From assembly GCA_964057225.1 (NCBI GenBank), contig OZ059899.1, forward strand, positions 17,112,001 through 17,176,000: 64,000 nt of DNA, given 5' to 3'. Shown here piece after piece: positions 12,801-27,729 of the stretch (the stretch's first letter is position 1; each line of letters opens with the position of its first letter). The position numbers and the translations under genes were made by a program. Below the pieces are notes generated by a model that ran no database searches, had not been told where the DNA came from, and worked only from the letters and a program-made list of their open reading frames with translations. This DNA comes from Auanema rhodensis (taxonomy: Eukaryota > Animalia > Nematoda).

Positions 12801-15444
12801 TTTTGACAAAAATTTTTTCGAAAAATTTCAGAATATTTTAGCAAAAAATAGTTGTTTTTAGATTCCTTTTTTCAAGGCAAAGACGATGGACAATGTTATT
12901 CAACGAAAAAATTAATTCTGCAGGGTGAAAATCGAGGATATAAGTGTGAACTTATATCAGTTGATATCTCGGTGCATTTTTAAGCTAGCGCAAATCTGAT
13001 AACACAAATCGACGCAGCTTAAAAATCCGCATCGAATGCACTATACAACATTAAGAAACGCTTAATACAAAAATTAGTTATGATCGTTTGAAAAAAGACG
13101 CATTAGTGTATGTTGAGTTTCCATGTACACTCAACATTGCTTCCAAAAACATTTTGACAAAAATTTTTTCGAAAAATTTCAAAATAATTTCGCAAAAAGT
13201 AAATGTTTTTAGATTCCTTTTTTTAAGGCAAAGACGATGGACAATGTTATTCAACGAAAAAATTAATTCTGCAGGGTGAAAATCGAGGATATAAGTGTGA
13301 ACTTATATCAGTTGATATCTCGGTGCATTTTTAAGCTAGCGCAAATCTGATAACACAGATCGACGCAGCTTAAAAATCCGCATCGAATGCACTATACAAC
13401 ATTGAGAAACGCTTAATACAAAAATTAGTTATGATCGTTTGAAAAAAGACGCATTAGTGTATGTTGAGTTTCCATGTACACTCAACATTGCTTCCAAAAA
13501 CATTTTTACAAAAATTTTTCCGAAAAATTTCAAAATAATTTCGCAAAAAGTAGATGTTTTTAGATTCCTTTTTTCAAGGCAAAGACGATGGACAATGTTA
13601 TTCAACGAAAAAATTAATTCTGCAGGGTGAAAATCGAGGATATAAGTGTGAACTTATATCAGTTGATATCTCGGTGCATTTTTAAGCTAGCGCAAATCTG
13701 ATAACACAGATCGACGCAGCTTAAAAATCCGCATCGAATGCACTATACTACATTGAGAAACGCTTAATACAAAAATTAGTTATGATCGTTTGAAAAATGA
13801 TGCATTAGTGTATGTTGAGTTTCCATGTACACTCAACATTGCTTCCAAAAACATTTTGACAAAAATTTTTTCGAAAAATTTCAGAATATTTTAGCAAAAA
13901 ATAGTTGTTTTTAGATTTCTTTTTTCAAGGCAAAGACGATGGACAATGTTATTCAACGAAAAAATTAATTCTGCAGGGTGAAAATCGAGGATATAAGTGT
14001 GAACTTATATCAGTTGATATCTCGGTGCATTTTTAAGCTAGCGCAAATCTGATAACACAAATCGACGCAGCTTAAAAATTCGCATCGAATGCACTATACA
14101 ACATTGAGAAACGCTTAATACAAAAATTAGTTATGATCGTTTGAAAAAAGACGCATTAGTGTATGTTGAGTTTCCATGTACACTCAACATTGCTTCCAAA
14201 AACATTTTTACAAAAATTTTTCCGAAAAATTTCAAAATAATTTCGCAAAAAGTAGATGTTTTTAGATTCCTTTTTTCAAGGCAAAGACGATGGACAATGT
14301 TATTCAACGAAAAAATTAATTCTGCAGGGTGAAAATCGAGGATATAAGTGTGAACTTATATCAGTTGATATCTCGGTGCATTTTTAAGCTAGCGCAAATC
14401 TGATAACACAGATCGACGCAGCTTAAAAATCCGCATCGAATGCACTATACTACATTGAGAAACGCTTAATACAAAAATTAGTTATGATCGTTTGAAAAAT
14501 GATGCATTAGTGTATGTTGAGTTTCCATGTACACTCAACATTGCTTCCAAAAACATTTTGACAAAAATTTTTTCGAAAAATTTCAGAATATTTTAGCAAA
14601 AAATAGTTGTTTTTAGATTCCTTTTTTCAAGGCAAAGACGATGGACAATGTTATTCAACGAAAAAATTAATTCTGCAGGGTGAAAATCGAGGATATAAGT
14701 GTGAACTTATATCAGTTGATATCTCGGTGCATTTTTAAGCTAGCGCAAATCTGATAACACAAATCGACGCAGCTTAAAAATCCGCATCGAATGCACTATA
14801 CAACATTAAGAAACGCTTAATACAAAAATTAGTTATGATCGTTTGAAAAAAGACGCATTAGTGTATGTTGAGTTTCCATGTACACTCAACATTGCTTCCA
14901 AAAACATTTTGACAAAAATTTTTTCGAAAAATTTCAAAATAATTTCGCAAAAAGTAAATGTTTTTAGATTCCTTTTTTTAAGGCAAAGACGATGGACAAT
15001 GTTATTCAACGAAAAAATTAATTCTGCAGGGTGAAAATCGAGGATATAAGTGTGAACTTATATCAGTTGATATCTCGGTGCATTTTTAAGCTAGCGCAAA
15101 TCTGATAACACAGATCGACGCAGCTTAAAAATCCGCATCGAATGCACTATACAACATTGAGAAACGCTTAATACAAAAATTAGTTATGATCGTTTGAAAA
15201 AAGATGCATTAGTGTATGTTGAGTTTCCATGTACACTCAACATTGCTTCCAAAAACATTTTGACAAAAATTTTTTCGAAAAATTTCAAAATAATTTCGCA
15301 AAAAGTAAATGTTTTTAGATTCCTTTTTTTAAGGCAAAGACGATGGACAATGTTATTCAACGAAAAAATTAATTCTGCAGGGTGAAAATCGAGGATATAA
15401 GTGTGAACTTATATCAGTTGATATCTCGGTGCATTTTTGAGCTA
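9829..15444. repeat. Three related blocks with 6-mer (2106 bp) then 5-mer (1755 bp) spacing
   Basis: Marker CATTAAGAAAC at 10947, 13053 and 14808. Pairs of stop-type monomers at 9929/10631, 12035/12737 and 13790/14492. Confidence 0.88.
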
Positions 15445-18400
15445 GCGCAAATCTGATAACACAGATCGACGCAGCTTAAAAATTCGCATCGAATGCACTA
15501 TACAACATTGAGAAACGCTTAATACAAAAATTAGTTATGATCGTTTGAAAAAAGACGCATTAGTGTATGTTGAGTTTCCATGTACACTCAACATTGCTTC
15601 CAAAAACATTTTTACAAAAATTTTTCCGAAAAATTTCAGAATAATTTCGCAAAAAGTAGATGTTTTTAGATTCCTTTTTTCAAGGCAAAGACGATGGACA
15701 ATGTTATTCAACGGAAAAATTAATTATGCAGGGTGAAAATCGAGGATATAAGTGTGAACTTATATCAGTTGATATCTCGGTGCATTTTTAAGCTAGCGCA
15801 AATCTGATAACACAGATCGACGCAGCTTAAAAATCCGCATCGAATGCACTATACAACATTGAGAAACGCTTAATACAAAAATTAGTTATGATCGTTTGAA
15901 AAAAGACGCATTAGTGTATGTTGAGTTTCCATGTACACTCAACATTGCTTCCAAAAACATTTTGACAAAAATTTTTTCGAAAAATTTCAAAATAATTTCG
16001 CAAAAAGTAAATGTTTTTAGATTCCTTTTTTTAAGGCAAAGACGATGGACAATGTTATTCAACGAAAAAATTAATTCTGCAGGGTGAAAATCGAGGATAT
16101 AAGTGTGAACTTATATCAGTTGATATCTCGGTGCATTTTTAAGCTAGCGCAAATCTGATAACACAGATCGACGCAGCTTAAAAATCCGCATCGAATGCAC
16201 TATACAACATTGAGAAACGCTTAATACAAAAATTAGTTATGATCGTTTGAAAAATGATGCATTAGTGTATGTTGAGTTTCCATGTACACTCAACATTGCT
16301 TCCAAAAACATTTTGACAAAAATTTTTTCGAAAAATTTCAGAATATTTTAGCAAAAAATAGTTGTTTTTAGATTCCTTTTTTCAAGGCAAAGACGATGGA
16401 CAATGTTATTCAACGAAAAAATTAATTCTGCAGGGTGAAAATCGAGGATATAAGTGTGAACTTATATCAGTTGATATCTCGGTGCATTTTTAAGCTAGCG
16501 CAAATCTGATAACACAGATCGACGCAGCTTAAAAATCCGCATCGAATGCACTATACAACATTGAGAAACGCCTAATACAAAAATTAGTTATGATCGTTTG
16601 AAAAAAGACGCATTAGTGTATGTTGAGTTTCCATGTACACTCAACATTGCTTCCAAAAACATTTTGACAAAAATTTTTTCGAAAAATTTCAAAATAATTT
16701 CGCAAAAAGTAAATGTTTTTAGATTCCTTTTTTTAAGGCAAAGACGATGGACAATGTTATTCAACGAAAAAATTAATTCTGCAGGGTGAAAATCGAGGAT
16801 ATAAGTGTGAACTTATATCAGTTGATATCTCGGTGAATTTTTAAGCTAGCGCAAATCTGATAAAACAGATCGACGCAGCTTAAAAATCCGCATCGAATGC
16901 ACTATACAACATTGAGAAACGCTTAATACAAAAATTAGTTATGATCGTTTGAAAAAAGACGCATTAGTGTATGTTGAGTTTCCATGTACACTCAACATTG
17001 CTTCCAAAAACATTTTGACAAAAATTTTTTCGAAAATTTTCAAAATAATTTCGCAAAAAGTAAATGTTTTTAGATTCCTTTTTTTAAGGCAAAGACGATG
17101 GACAATGTTATTCAACGAAAAAATTAATTCTGCAGGGTGAAAATCGAGGATATAAGTGTGAACTTATATCAGTTGATATCTCGGTGCATTTTTAAGCTAG
17201 CGCAAATCTGATAACACAGATCGACGCAGCTTAAAAATCCGCATCGAATGCACTATACAACATTGAGAAACGCTTAATACAAAAATTAGTTATGATCGTT
17301 TGAAAAAAGACGCATTAGTGTATGTTGAGTTTCCATGTACACTCAACATTGCTTCCAAAAACATTTTGACAAAAATTTTTTCGAAAAATTTCAGAATATT
17401 TTAGCAAAAAATAGTTGTTTTTAGATTCCTTTTTTCAAGGCAAAGACGATGGACAATGTTATTCAACGAAAAAATTAATTCTGCAGGGTGAAAATCGAGG
17501 ATATAAGTGTGAACTTATATCAGTTGATATCTCGGTGCATTTTTAAGCTAGCGCAAATCTGATAAAACAGATCGACGCAGCTTAAAAATCCGCATCGAAT
17601 GCACTGTACAACATTGAGAAACGCTTAATACAAAAATTAGTTATGATCGTTTGAAAAAAGACGCATTAGTGTATGTTGAGTTTCCATGTACACTCAACAT
17701 TGCTTCCAAAAACATTTTGACAAAAATTTTTTCGAAAAATTTCAGAATATTTTAGCAAAAAATAGTTGTTTTTAGATTCCTTTTTTTAACGCAAAGACGA
17801 TGGACAATGTTATTCAACGAAAAAATTAATTCTGCAGGGTGAAAATCGAGGATATAAGTGTGAACTTATATCAGTTGATATCTCGGTGAATTTTTAAGCT
17901 AGCGCAAATCTGATAACACAGATCGACGCAGCTTAAAAATCCGCATCGAATGCACTATACAACATTGAGAAACGCTTAATACAAAAATTAGTTATGATCG
18001 TTTGAAAAAAGATGCATTAGTGTATGTTGAGTTTCCATGTACACTCAACATTGCTTCCAAAAACATTTTGACAAAAATTTTTTCGAAAAATTTCAAAATA
18101 ATTTCGCAAAAAGTAAATGTTTTTAGATTCCTTTTTTTAAGGCAAAGACGATGGACAATGTTATTCAACGAAAAAATTAATTCTGCAGGGTGAAAATCGA
18201 GGATATAAGTGTGAACTTATATCAGTTGATATCTCGGTGCATTTTTAAGCTAGCGCAAATCTGATAACACAGATCGACGCAGCTTAAAAATTCGCATCGA
18301 ATGCACTATACAACATTGAGAAACGCTTAATACAAAAATTAGTTATGATCGTTTGAAAAAAGATGCATTAGTGTATGTTGAGTTTCCATGTACACTCAAC

Positions 18401-21400
18401 ATTGCTTCCAAAAACATTTTGACAAAAATTTTTTCGAAAAATTTCAAAATAATTTCGCAAAAAGTAAATGTTTTTAGATTCCTTTTTTTAAGGCAAAGAC
18501 GATGGACAATGTTATTCAACGAAAAAATTAATTCTGCAGGGTGAAAATCGAGGATATAAGTGTGCACTTATATCAGTTGATATCTCGGTGCATTTTTAAG
18601 CTAGCGCAAATCTGATAACACAGATCGACGCAGCTTAAAAATTCGCATCGAATGCACTATACAACATTGAGAAACGCTTAATACAAAAATTAGTTATGAT
18701 CGTTTGAAAAAAGACGCATTAGTGTATGTTGAGTTTCCATGTACACTCAACATTGCTTCCAAAAACATTTTTACAAAAATTTTTCCGAAAAATTTCAAAA
18801 TAATTTCGCAAAAAGTAGATGTTTTTAGATTCCTTTTTTCAAGGCAAAGACGATGGACAATGTTATTCAACGGAAAAATTAATTCTGCAGGGTGAAAATC
18901 GAGGATATAAGTGTGAACTTATATCAGTTGATATCTCGGTGCATTTTTAAGCTAGCGCAAATCTGATAACACAGATCGACGCAGCTTAAAAATCCGCATC
19001 GAATGCACTATACAACATTGAGAAACGCTTAATACAAAAATTAGTTATGATCGTTTGAAAAAAGACGCATTAGTGTATGTTGAGTTTCTATGTACACTCA
19101 ACATTGCTTCCAAAAACATTTTTACAAAAATTTTTCCGAAAAATTTCAAAATAATTTCGCAAAAAGTAGATGTTTTTAGATTCCTTTTTTCAAGGCAAAG
19201 ACGATGGACAATGTTATTCAACGGAAAAATTAATTCTGCAGGGTGAAAATCGAGGATATAAGTGTGAACTTATATCAGTTGATATCTCGGTGCATTTTTA
19301 AGCTAGCGCAAATCTGATAACACAGATCGACGCAGCTTAAAAATCCGCATCGAATGCACTGTACAACATTGAGAAACGCTTAATACAAAAATTAGTTATG
19401 ATCGTTTGAAAAAAGACGCATTAGTGTATGTTGAGTTTCCATGTACACTCAACATTGCTTCCAAAAACATTTTTACAAAAATTTTTCCGAAAAATTTCAA
19501 AATAATTTCGCAAAAAGTAGATGTTTTTAGATTCCTTTTTTCAAGGCAAAGACGATGGACAATGTTATTCAACGGAAAAATTAATTCTGCAGGGTGAAAA
19601 TCGAGGATATAAGTGTGAACTTATATCAGTTGATATCTCGGTGAATTTTTAAGCTAGCGCAAATCTGATAACACAGATCGACGCAGCTTAAAAATCCGCA
19701 TCGAATGCACTATACAACATTGAGAAACGCTTAATACAAAAATTAGTTATGATCGTTTGAAAAAAGACGCATTAGTGTATGTTGAGTTTCCATGTACACT
19801 CAACATTGCTTCCAAAAACATTTTTACAAAAATTTTTCCGAAAAATTTCAAAATAATTTCGCAAAAAGTAGATGTTTTTAGATTCCTTTTTTCAAGGCAA
19901 AGACGATGGACAATGTTATTCAACGGAAAAATTAATTCTGCAGGGTGAAAATCGAGGATATAAGTGTGAACTTATATCAGTTGATATCTCGGTGCATTTT
20001 TAAGCTAGCGCAAATCTGATAACACAGATCGACGCAGCTTAAAAATCCGCATCGAATGCACTGTACAACATTGAGAAACGCTTAATACAAAAATTAGTTA
20101 TGATCGTTTGAAAAAAGACGCATTAGTGTATGTTGAGTTTCCATGTACACTCAACATAGCTTCCAAAAACATTTTGACAAAAATTTTTCCGAAAAATTTC
20201 AAAATAATTTCGCAAAAAGTAGATGTTTTTAGATTCCTTTTTTCAAGGCAAAGACGATGGACAATGTTATTCAACGAAAAAATTAATTCTGCAGGGTGAA
20301 AATCGAGGATATAAGTGTGAACTTATATCAGTTGATATCTCGGTGCATTTTTAAGCTAGCGCAAATCTGATAACACAGATCGACGCAGCTTAAAAATCCG
20401 CATCGAATGCACTATACAACATTGAGAAACGCTTAATACAAAAATTAGTTATGATCGTTTGAAAAATGATGCATTAGTGTATGTTGAGTTTCCATGTACA
20501 CTCAACATTGCTTCCAAAAACATTTTTACAAAAATTTTTCCGAAAAATTTCAAAATAATTTCGCAAAAAGTAAATGTTTTTAGATTCCTTTTTTCAAGGC
20601 AAAGACGATGGACAATGTTATTCAACGAAAAAATTAATTCTCCAGGGTGAAAATCGAGGATGTAAGTGTGAGCTTATATCAGTTGATATCTCGGTGCATT
20701 TTTAAGCTAGCGCAAATCTGATAACACAGATCGACGCAGCTTAAAAATCCGCATCGAATGCACTATACAACATTGAGAAACGCTTAATACAAAAATTAGT
20801 TATGATCGTTTGAAAAAAGATGCATTAGTGTATGTTGAGTTTCCATGTACACTCAACATTGCTTCCAAAAACATTTTGACAAAAATTTTTTCGAAAAATT
20901 TCAAAATAATTTCGCAAAAAGTAAATGTTTTTAGATTCCTTTTTTTAAGGCAAAGACGATGGACAATGTTATTCAACGAAAAAATTAATTCTGCAGGGTG
21001 AAAATCGAGGATATAAGTGTGAACTTATATCAGTTGATATCTCGGTGCATTTTTAAGCTAGCGCAAATCTGATAACACAGATCGACGCAGCTTAAAAATT
21101 CGCATCGAATGCACTATACAACATTGAGAAACGCTTAATACAAAAATTAGTTATGATCGTTTGAAAAAAGACGCATTAGTGTATGTTGAGTTTCCATGTA
21201 CACTCAACATTGCTTCCAAAAACATTTTGACAAAAATTTTTCCGAAAAATTTCAAAATAATTTCGCAAAAAGTAAATGTTTTTAGATTCCTTTTTTTAAG
21301 GCAAAGACGATGGACAATGTTATTCAACGAAAAAATTAATTCTGCAGGGTGAAAATCGAGGATATAAGTGTGAACTTATATCAGTTGATATCTCGGTGCA

Positions 21401-21411
21401 TTTTTAAGCTA

Positions 21412-23517
21412 GCGCAAATCTGATAACACAGATCGACGCAGCTTAAAAATTCGCATCGAATGCACTATACAACATTGAGAAACGCTTAATACAAAAATTA
21501 GTTATGATCGTTTGAAAAAAGACGCATTAGTGTATGTTGAGTTTCCATGTACACTCAACATTGCTTCCAAAAACATTTTGACAAAAATTTTTCCGAAAAA
21601 TTTCAAAATAATTTCGCAAAAAGTAAATGTTTTTAGATTCCTTTTTTTAAGGCAAAGACGATGGACAATGTTATTCAACGAAAAAATTAATTCTGCAGGG
21701 TGAAAATCGAGGATATAAGTGTGAACTTATATCAGTTGATATCTCGGTGAATTTTTAAGCTAGCGCAAATCTGATAAAACAGATCGACACAGCTTAAAAA
21801 TCCGCATCGAATGCACTATACAACATTGAGAAACGCTTAATACAAAAATTAGTTATGATCGTTTGAAAAAAGACGCGTTAGTGTATGTTGAGTTTCCATG
21901 TACACTCAACATTGCTTCCAAAAACATTTTGACAAAAATTTTTTCGAAAAATTTCAGAATATTTTAGCAAAAAATAGTTGTTTTTAGATTCTTTTTTTCA
22001 AGGCAAAGACGATGGACAATGTTATTCAACGAAAAAATTAATTCTGCAGGGTGAAAATCGAGGATATAAGTGTGAACTTATATCAGTTGATATCTCGGTG
22101 CATTTTTAAGCTAGCGCAAATCTGATAACACAGATCGACGCAGCTTAAAAATCCGCATCGAATGCACTATACAACATTGAGAAACGCTTAATACAAAAAT
22201 TAGTTATGATCGTTTGAAAAATGATGCATTAGTGTATGTTGAGTTTCCATGTACACTCAACATTGCTTCCAAAAACATTTTTACAAAAATTTTTCCGAAA
22301 AATTTCAAAATAATTTCGCAAAAAGTAGATGTTTTTAGATTCCTTTTTTCAAGGCAAAGACGATGGACAATGTTATTCAACGAAAAAATTAATTCTGCAG
22401 GGTGAAAATCGAGGATATAAGTGTGAACTTATATCAGTTGATATCTCGGTGCATTTTTAAGCTAGCGCAAATCTGATAACACAGATCGACGCAGCTTAAA
22501 AATTCGCATCGAATGCACTATACAACATTGAGAAACGCTTAATACAAAAATTAGTTATGATCGTTTGAAAAAAGACGCATTAGTGTATGTTGAGTTTCCA
22601 TGTACACTCAACATTGCTTCCAAAAACATTTTGACAAAAATTTTTCCGAAAAATTTCAAAATAATTTCGCAAAAAGTAAATGTTTTTAGATTCCTTTTTT
22701 TAAGGCAAAGACGATGGACAATGTTATTCAACGAAAAAATTAATTCTGCAGGGTGAAAATCGAGGATATAAGTGTGAACTTATATCAGTTGATATCTCGG
22801 TGAATTTTTAAGCTAGCGCAAATCTGATAAAACAGATCGACACAGCTTAAAAATCCGCATCGAATGCACTATACAACATTGAGAAACGCTTAATACAAAA
22901 ATTAGTTATGATCGTTTGAAAAAAGACGCGTTAGTGTATGTTGAGTTTCCATGTACACTCAACATTGCTTCCAAAAACATTTTGACAAAAATTTTTTCGA
23001 AAAATTTCAGAATATTTTAGCAAAAAATAGTTGTTTTTAGATTCTTTTTTTCAAGGCAAAGACGATGGACAATGTTATTCAACGAAAAAATTAATTCTGC
23101 AGGGTGAAAATCGAGGATATAAGTGTGAACTTATATCAGTTGATATCTCGGTGCATTTTTAAGCTAGCGCAAATCTGATAACACAGATCGACGCAGCTTA
23201 AAAATCCGCATCGAATGCACTATACAACATTGAGAAACGCTTAATACAAAAATTAGTTATGATCGTTTGAAAAATGATGCATTAGTGTATGTTGAGTTTC
23301 CATGTACACTCAACATTGCTTCCAAAAACATTTTTACAAAAATTTTTCCGAAAAATTTCAAAATAATTTCGCAAAAAGTAGATGTTTTTAGATTCCTTTT
23401 TTCAAGGCAAAGACGATGGACAATGTTATTCAACGGAAAAATTAATTCTGCAGGGTGAAAATCGAGGATATAAGTGTGAACTTATATCAGTTGATATCTC
23501 GGTGCATTTTTAAGCTA
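21412..23517. repeat. 3-monomer (1053-bp) duplication
   Basis: Marker GACGCGTTAG at 21877 and 22930, with the linked ATAAAACAGATCGACACAGC variant and matching neighbours (ORFs 21512/22565, 22214/23267). Confidence 0.85.
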
Positions 23518-26500
23518 GCGCAAATCTGATAACACAGATCGACGCAGCTTAAAAATCCGCATCGAATGCACTATACAACATTGAGAAACGCTTAATACAA
23601 AAATTAGTTATGATCGTTTGAAAAATGATGCATTAGTGTATGTTGAGTTTCCATGTACACTCAACATTGCTTCCAAAAACATTTTTACAAAAATTTTTCC
23701 GAAAAATTTCAAAATAATTTCGCAAAAAGTAGATGTTTTTAGATTCCTTTTTTCAAGGCAAAGACGATGGACAATGTTATTCAACGAAAAAATTAATTCT
23801 GCAGGGTGAAAATCGAGGATATAAGTGTGAACTTATATCAGTTGATATCTCGGTGCATTTTTAAGCTAGCGCAAATCTGATAACACAGATCGACGCAGCT
23901 TAAAAATCCGCATCGAATGCACTATACAACATTGAGAAACGCTTAATACAAAAATTAGTTATGATCGTTTGAAAAATGATGCATTAGTGTATGTTGAGTT
24001 TCCATGTACACTCAACATTGCTTCCAAAAACATTTTTACAAAAATTTTTCCGAAAAATTTCAAAATAATTTCGCAAAAAGTAGATGTTTTTAGATTTCTT
24101 TTTTCAAGGCAAAGACGATGGACAATGTTATTCAACGAAAAAATTAATTCTCCAGGGTGAAAATCGAGGATGTAAGTGTGAGCTTATATCAGTTGATATC
24201 TCGGTGCATTTTTAAGCTAGCGCAAATCTGATAACACAGATCGACGCAGCTTACAAATCCGCATCGAATGCACTATACAACATTGAGAAACGCTTAATAC
24301 AAAAATTAGTTATGATCGTTTGAAAAAAGACGCATTAGTGTATGTTGAGTTTCCATGTACACTCAACATTGCTTCCAAAAACATTTTGACAAAAATTTTT
24401 TCGAAAAATTTCAAAATAATTTCGCAAAAAGTAAATGTTTTTAGATTCCTTTTTTTAAGGCAAAGACGATGGACAATGTTATTCAACGAAAAAATTAATT
24501 CTCCAGGGTGAAAATCGAGGATGTAAGTGTGAGCTTATATCAGTTGATATCTCGGTGCATTTTTAAGCTAGCGCAAATCTGATAACACAGATCGACGCAG
24601 CTTACAAATCCGCATCGAATGCACTATACAACATTGAGAAACGCTTAATACAAAAATTAGTTATGATCGTTTGAAAAAAGATGCATTAGTGTATGTTGAG
24701 TTTCCATGTACACTCAACATTGCTTCCAAAAACATTTTGACAAAAATTTTTTCGAAAAATTTCAAAATAATTTCGCAAAAAGTAAATGTTTTTAGATTCC
24801 TTTTTTTAAGGCAAAGACGATGGACAATGTTATTCAACGAAAAAATTAATTCTGCAGGGTGAAAATCGAGGATATAAGTGTGAACTTATATCAGTTGATA
24901 TCTCGGTGCATTTTTAAGCTAGCGCAAATCTGATAACACAGATCGACGCAGCTTAAAAATTCGCATCGAATGCACTATACAACATTGAGAAACGCTTAAT
25001 ACAAAAATTAGTTATGATCGTTTGAAAAATGATGCATTAGTGTATGTTGAGTTTCCATGTACACTCAACATTGCTTCCAAAAACATTTTTACAAAAATTT
25101 TTCCGAAAAATTTCAAAATAATTTCGCAAAAAGTAGATGTTTTTAGATTCCTTTTTTCAAGGCAAAGACGATGGACAATGTTATTCAACGAAAAAATTAA
25201 TTCTGCAGGGTGAAAATCGAGGATATAAGTGTGAACTTATATCAGTTGATATCTCGGTGCATTTTTAAGCTAGCGCAAATCTGATAACACAGATCGACGC
25301 AGCTTAAAAATTCGCATCGAATGCACTATACAACATTGAGAAACGCTTAATACAAAAATTAGTTATGATCGTTTGAAAAAAGACGCATTAGTGTATGTTG
25401 AGTTTCCATGTACACTCAACATTGCTTCCAAAAACATTTTTACAAAAATTTTTCCGAAAAATTTCAAAATAATTTCGCAAAAAGTAGATGTTTTTAGATT
25501 CCTTTTTTCAAGGCAAAGACGATGGACAATGTTATTCAACGGAAAAATTAATTCTGCAGGGTGAAAATCGAGGATATAAGTGTGAACTTATATCAGTTGA
25601 TATCTCGGTGCATTTTTAAGCTAGCGCAAATCTGATAACACAGATCGACGCAGCTTAAAAATCCGCATCGAATGCACTATACAACATTGAGAAACGCTTA
25701 ATACAAAAATTAGTTATGATCGTTTGAAAAAAGACGCATTAGTGTATGTTGAGTTTCTATGTACACTCAACATTGCTTCCAAAAACATTTTTACAAAAAT
25801 TTTTCCGAAAAATTTCAAAATAATTTCGCAAAAAGTAAATGTTTTTAGACTCCTTTTTTTAAGGCAAAGACGATGGACAATGTTATTCAACGAAAAAATT
25901 AATTCTGCAGGGTGAAAATCGAGGATATAAGTGTGAACTTATATCAGTTGATATCTCGGTGCATTTTTAAGCTAGCGCAAATCTGATAACACAGATCGAC
26001 GCAGCTTAAAAATTCGCATCGAATGCACTATACAACATTGAGAAACGCTTAATACAAAAATTAGTTATGATCGTTTGAAAAAAGACGCATTAGTGTATGT
26101 TGAGTTTCCATGTACACTCAACATTGCTTCCAAAAACATTTTTACAAAAATTTTTCCGAAAAATTTCAAAATAATTTCGCAAAAAGTAGATGTTTTTAGA
26201 TTCCTTTTTTCAAGGCAAAGACGATGGACAATGTTATTCAACGGAAAAATTAATTCTGCAGGGTGAAAATCGAGGATATAAGTGTGAACTTATATCAGTT
26301 GATATCTCGGTGCATTTTTAAGCTAGCGCAAATCTGATAACACAGATCGACGCAGCTTAAAAATCCGCATCGAATGCACTGTACAATATTGAGAAACGCT
26401 TAATACAAAAATTAGTTATGATCGTTTGAAAAAAGACGCATTAGTGTATGTTGAGTTTCCATGTACACTCAACATAGCTTCCAAAAACATTTTGACAAAA

Positions 26501-27729
26501 ATTTTTCCGAAAAATTTCAAAATAATTTCGCAAAAAGTAGATGTTTTTAGATTCCTTTTTTCAAGGCAAAGACGATGGACAATGTTATTCAACGGAAAAA
26601 TTAATTCTGCAGGGTGAAAATCGAGGATATAAGTGTGAACTTATATCAGTTGATATCTCGGTGCATTTTTAAGCTAGCGCAAATCTGATAACACAGATCG
26701 ACGCAGCTTAAAAATCCGCATCGAATGCACTATACAACATTGAGAAACGCTTAATACAAAAATTAGTTATGATCGTTTGAAAAATGATGCATTAGTGTAT
26801 GTTGAGTTTCCATGTACACTCAACATTGCTTCCAAAAACATTTTTACAAAAATTTTTCCGAAAAATTTCAAAATAATTTCGCAAAAAGTAGATGTTTTTA
26901 GATTCCTTTTTTCAAGGCAAAGACGATGGACAATGTTATTCAACGAAAAAATTAATTCTGCAGGGTGAAAATCGAGGATATAAGTGTGAACTTATATCAG
27001 TTGATATCTCGGTGCATTTTTAAGCTAGCGCAAATCTGATAACACAGATCGACGCAGCTTAAAAATCCGCATCGAATGCACTATACAACATTGAGAAACG
27101 CTTAATACAAAAATTAGTTATGATCGTTTGAAAAATGATGCATTAGTGTATGTTGAGTTTCCATGTACACTCAACATTGCTTCCAAAAACATTTTTACAA
27201 AAATTTTTCCGAAAAATTTCAAAATAATTTCGCAAAAAGTAGATGTTTTTAGATTCCTTTTTTCAAGGCAAAGACGATGGACAATGTTATTCAACGAAAA
27301 AATTAATTCTCCAGGGTGAAAATCGAGGATGTAAGTGTGAGCTTATATCAGTTGATATCTCGGTGCATTTTTAAGCTAGCGCAAATCTGATAACACAGAT
27401 CGACGCAGCTTAAAAATCCGCATCGAATGCACTATACAACATTGAGAAACGCTTAATACAAAAATTAGTTATGATCGTTTGAAAAAAGACGCATTAGTGT
27501 ATGTTGAGTTTCCATGTACACTCAACATTGCTTCCAAAAACATTTTGACAAAAATTTTTTCGAAAAATTTCAGAATATTTTAGCAAAAAATAGTTGTTTT
27601 TGGATTCCTTTTTTTAACGCAAAGACGATGGACAATGTTATTCAACGAAAAAATTAATTCTCCAGGGTGAAAATCGAGGATGTAAGTGTGAGCTTATATC
27701 AGTTGATATCTCGGTGAATTTTTAAGCTA

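Noticed and set aside
18343-18567. 74-aa minus-strand ORF
   Set aside because: It is called only because a private A>C change at 18565 (GTGCAC) creates a GTG start in one monomer; incidental.
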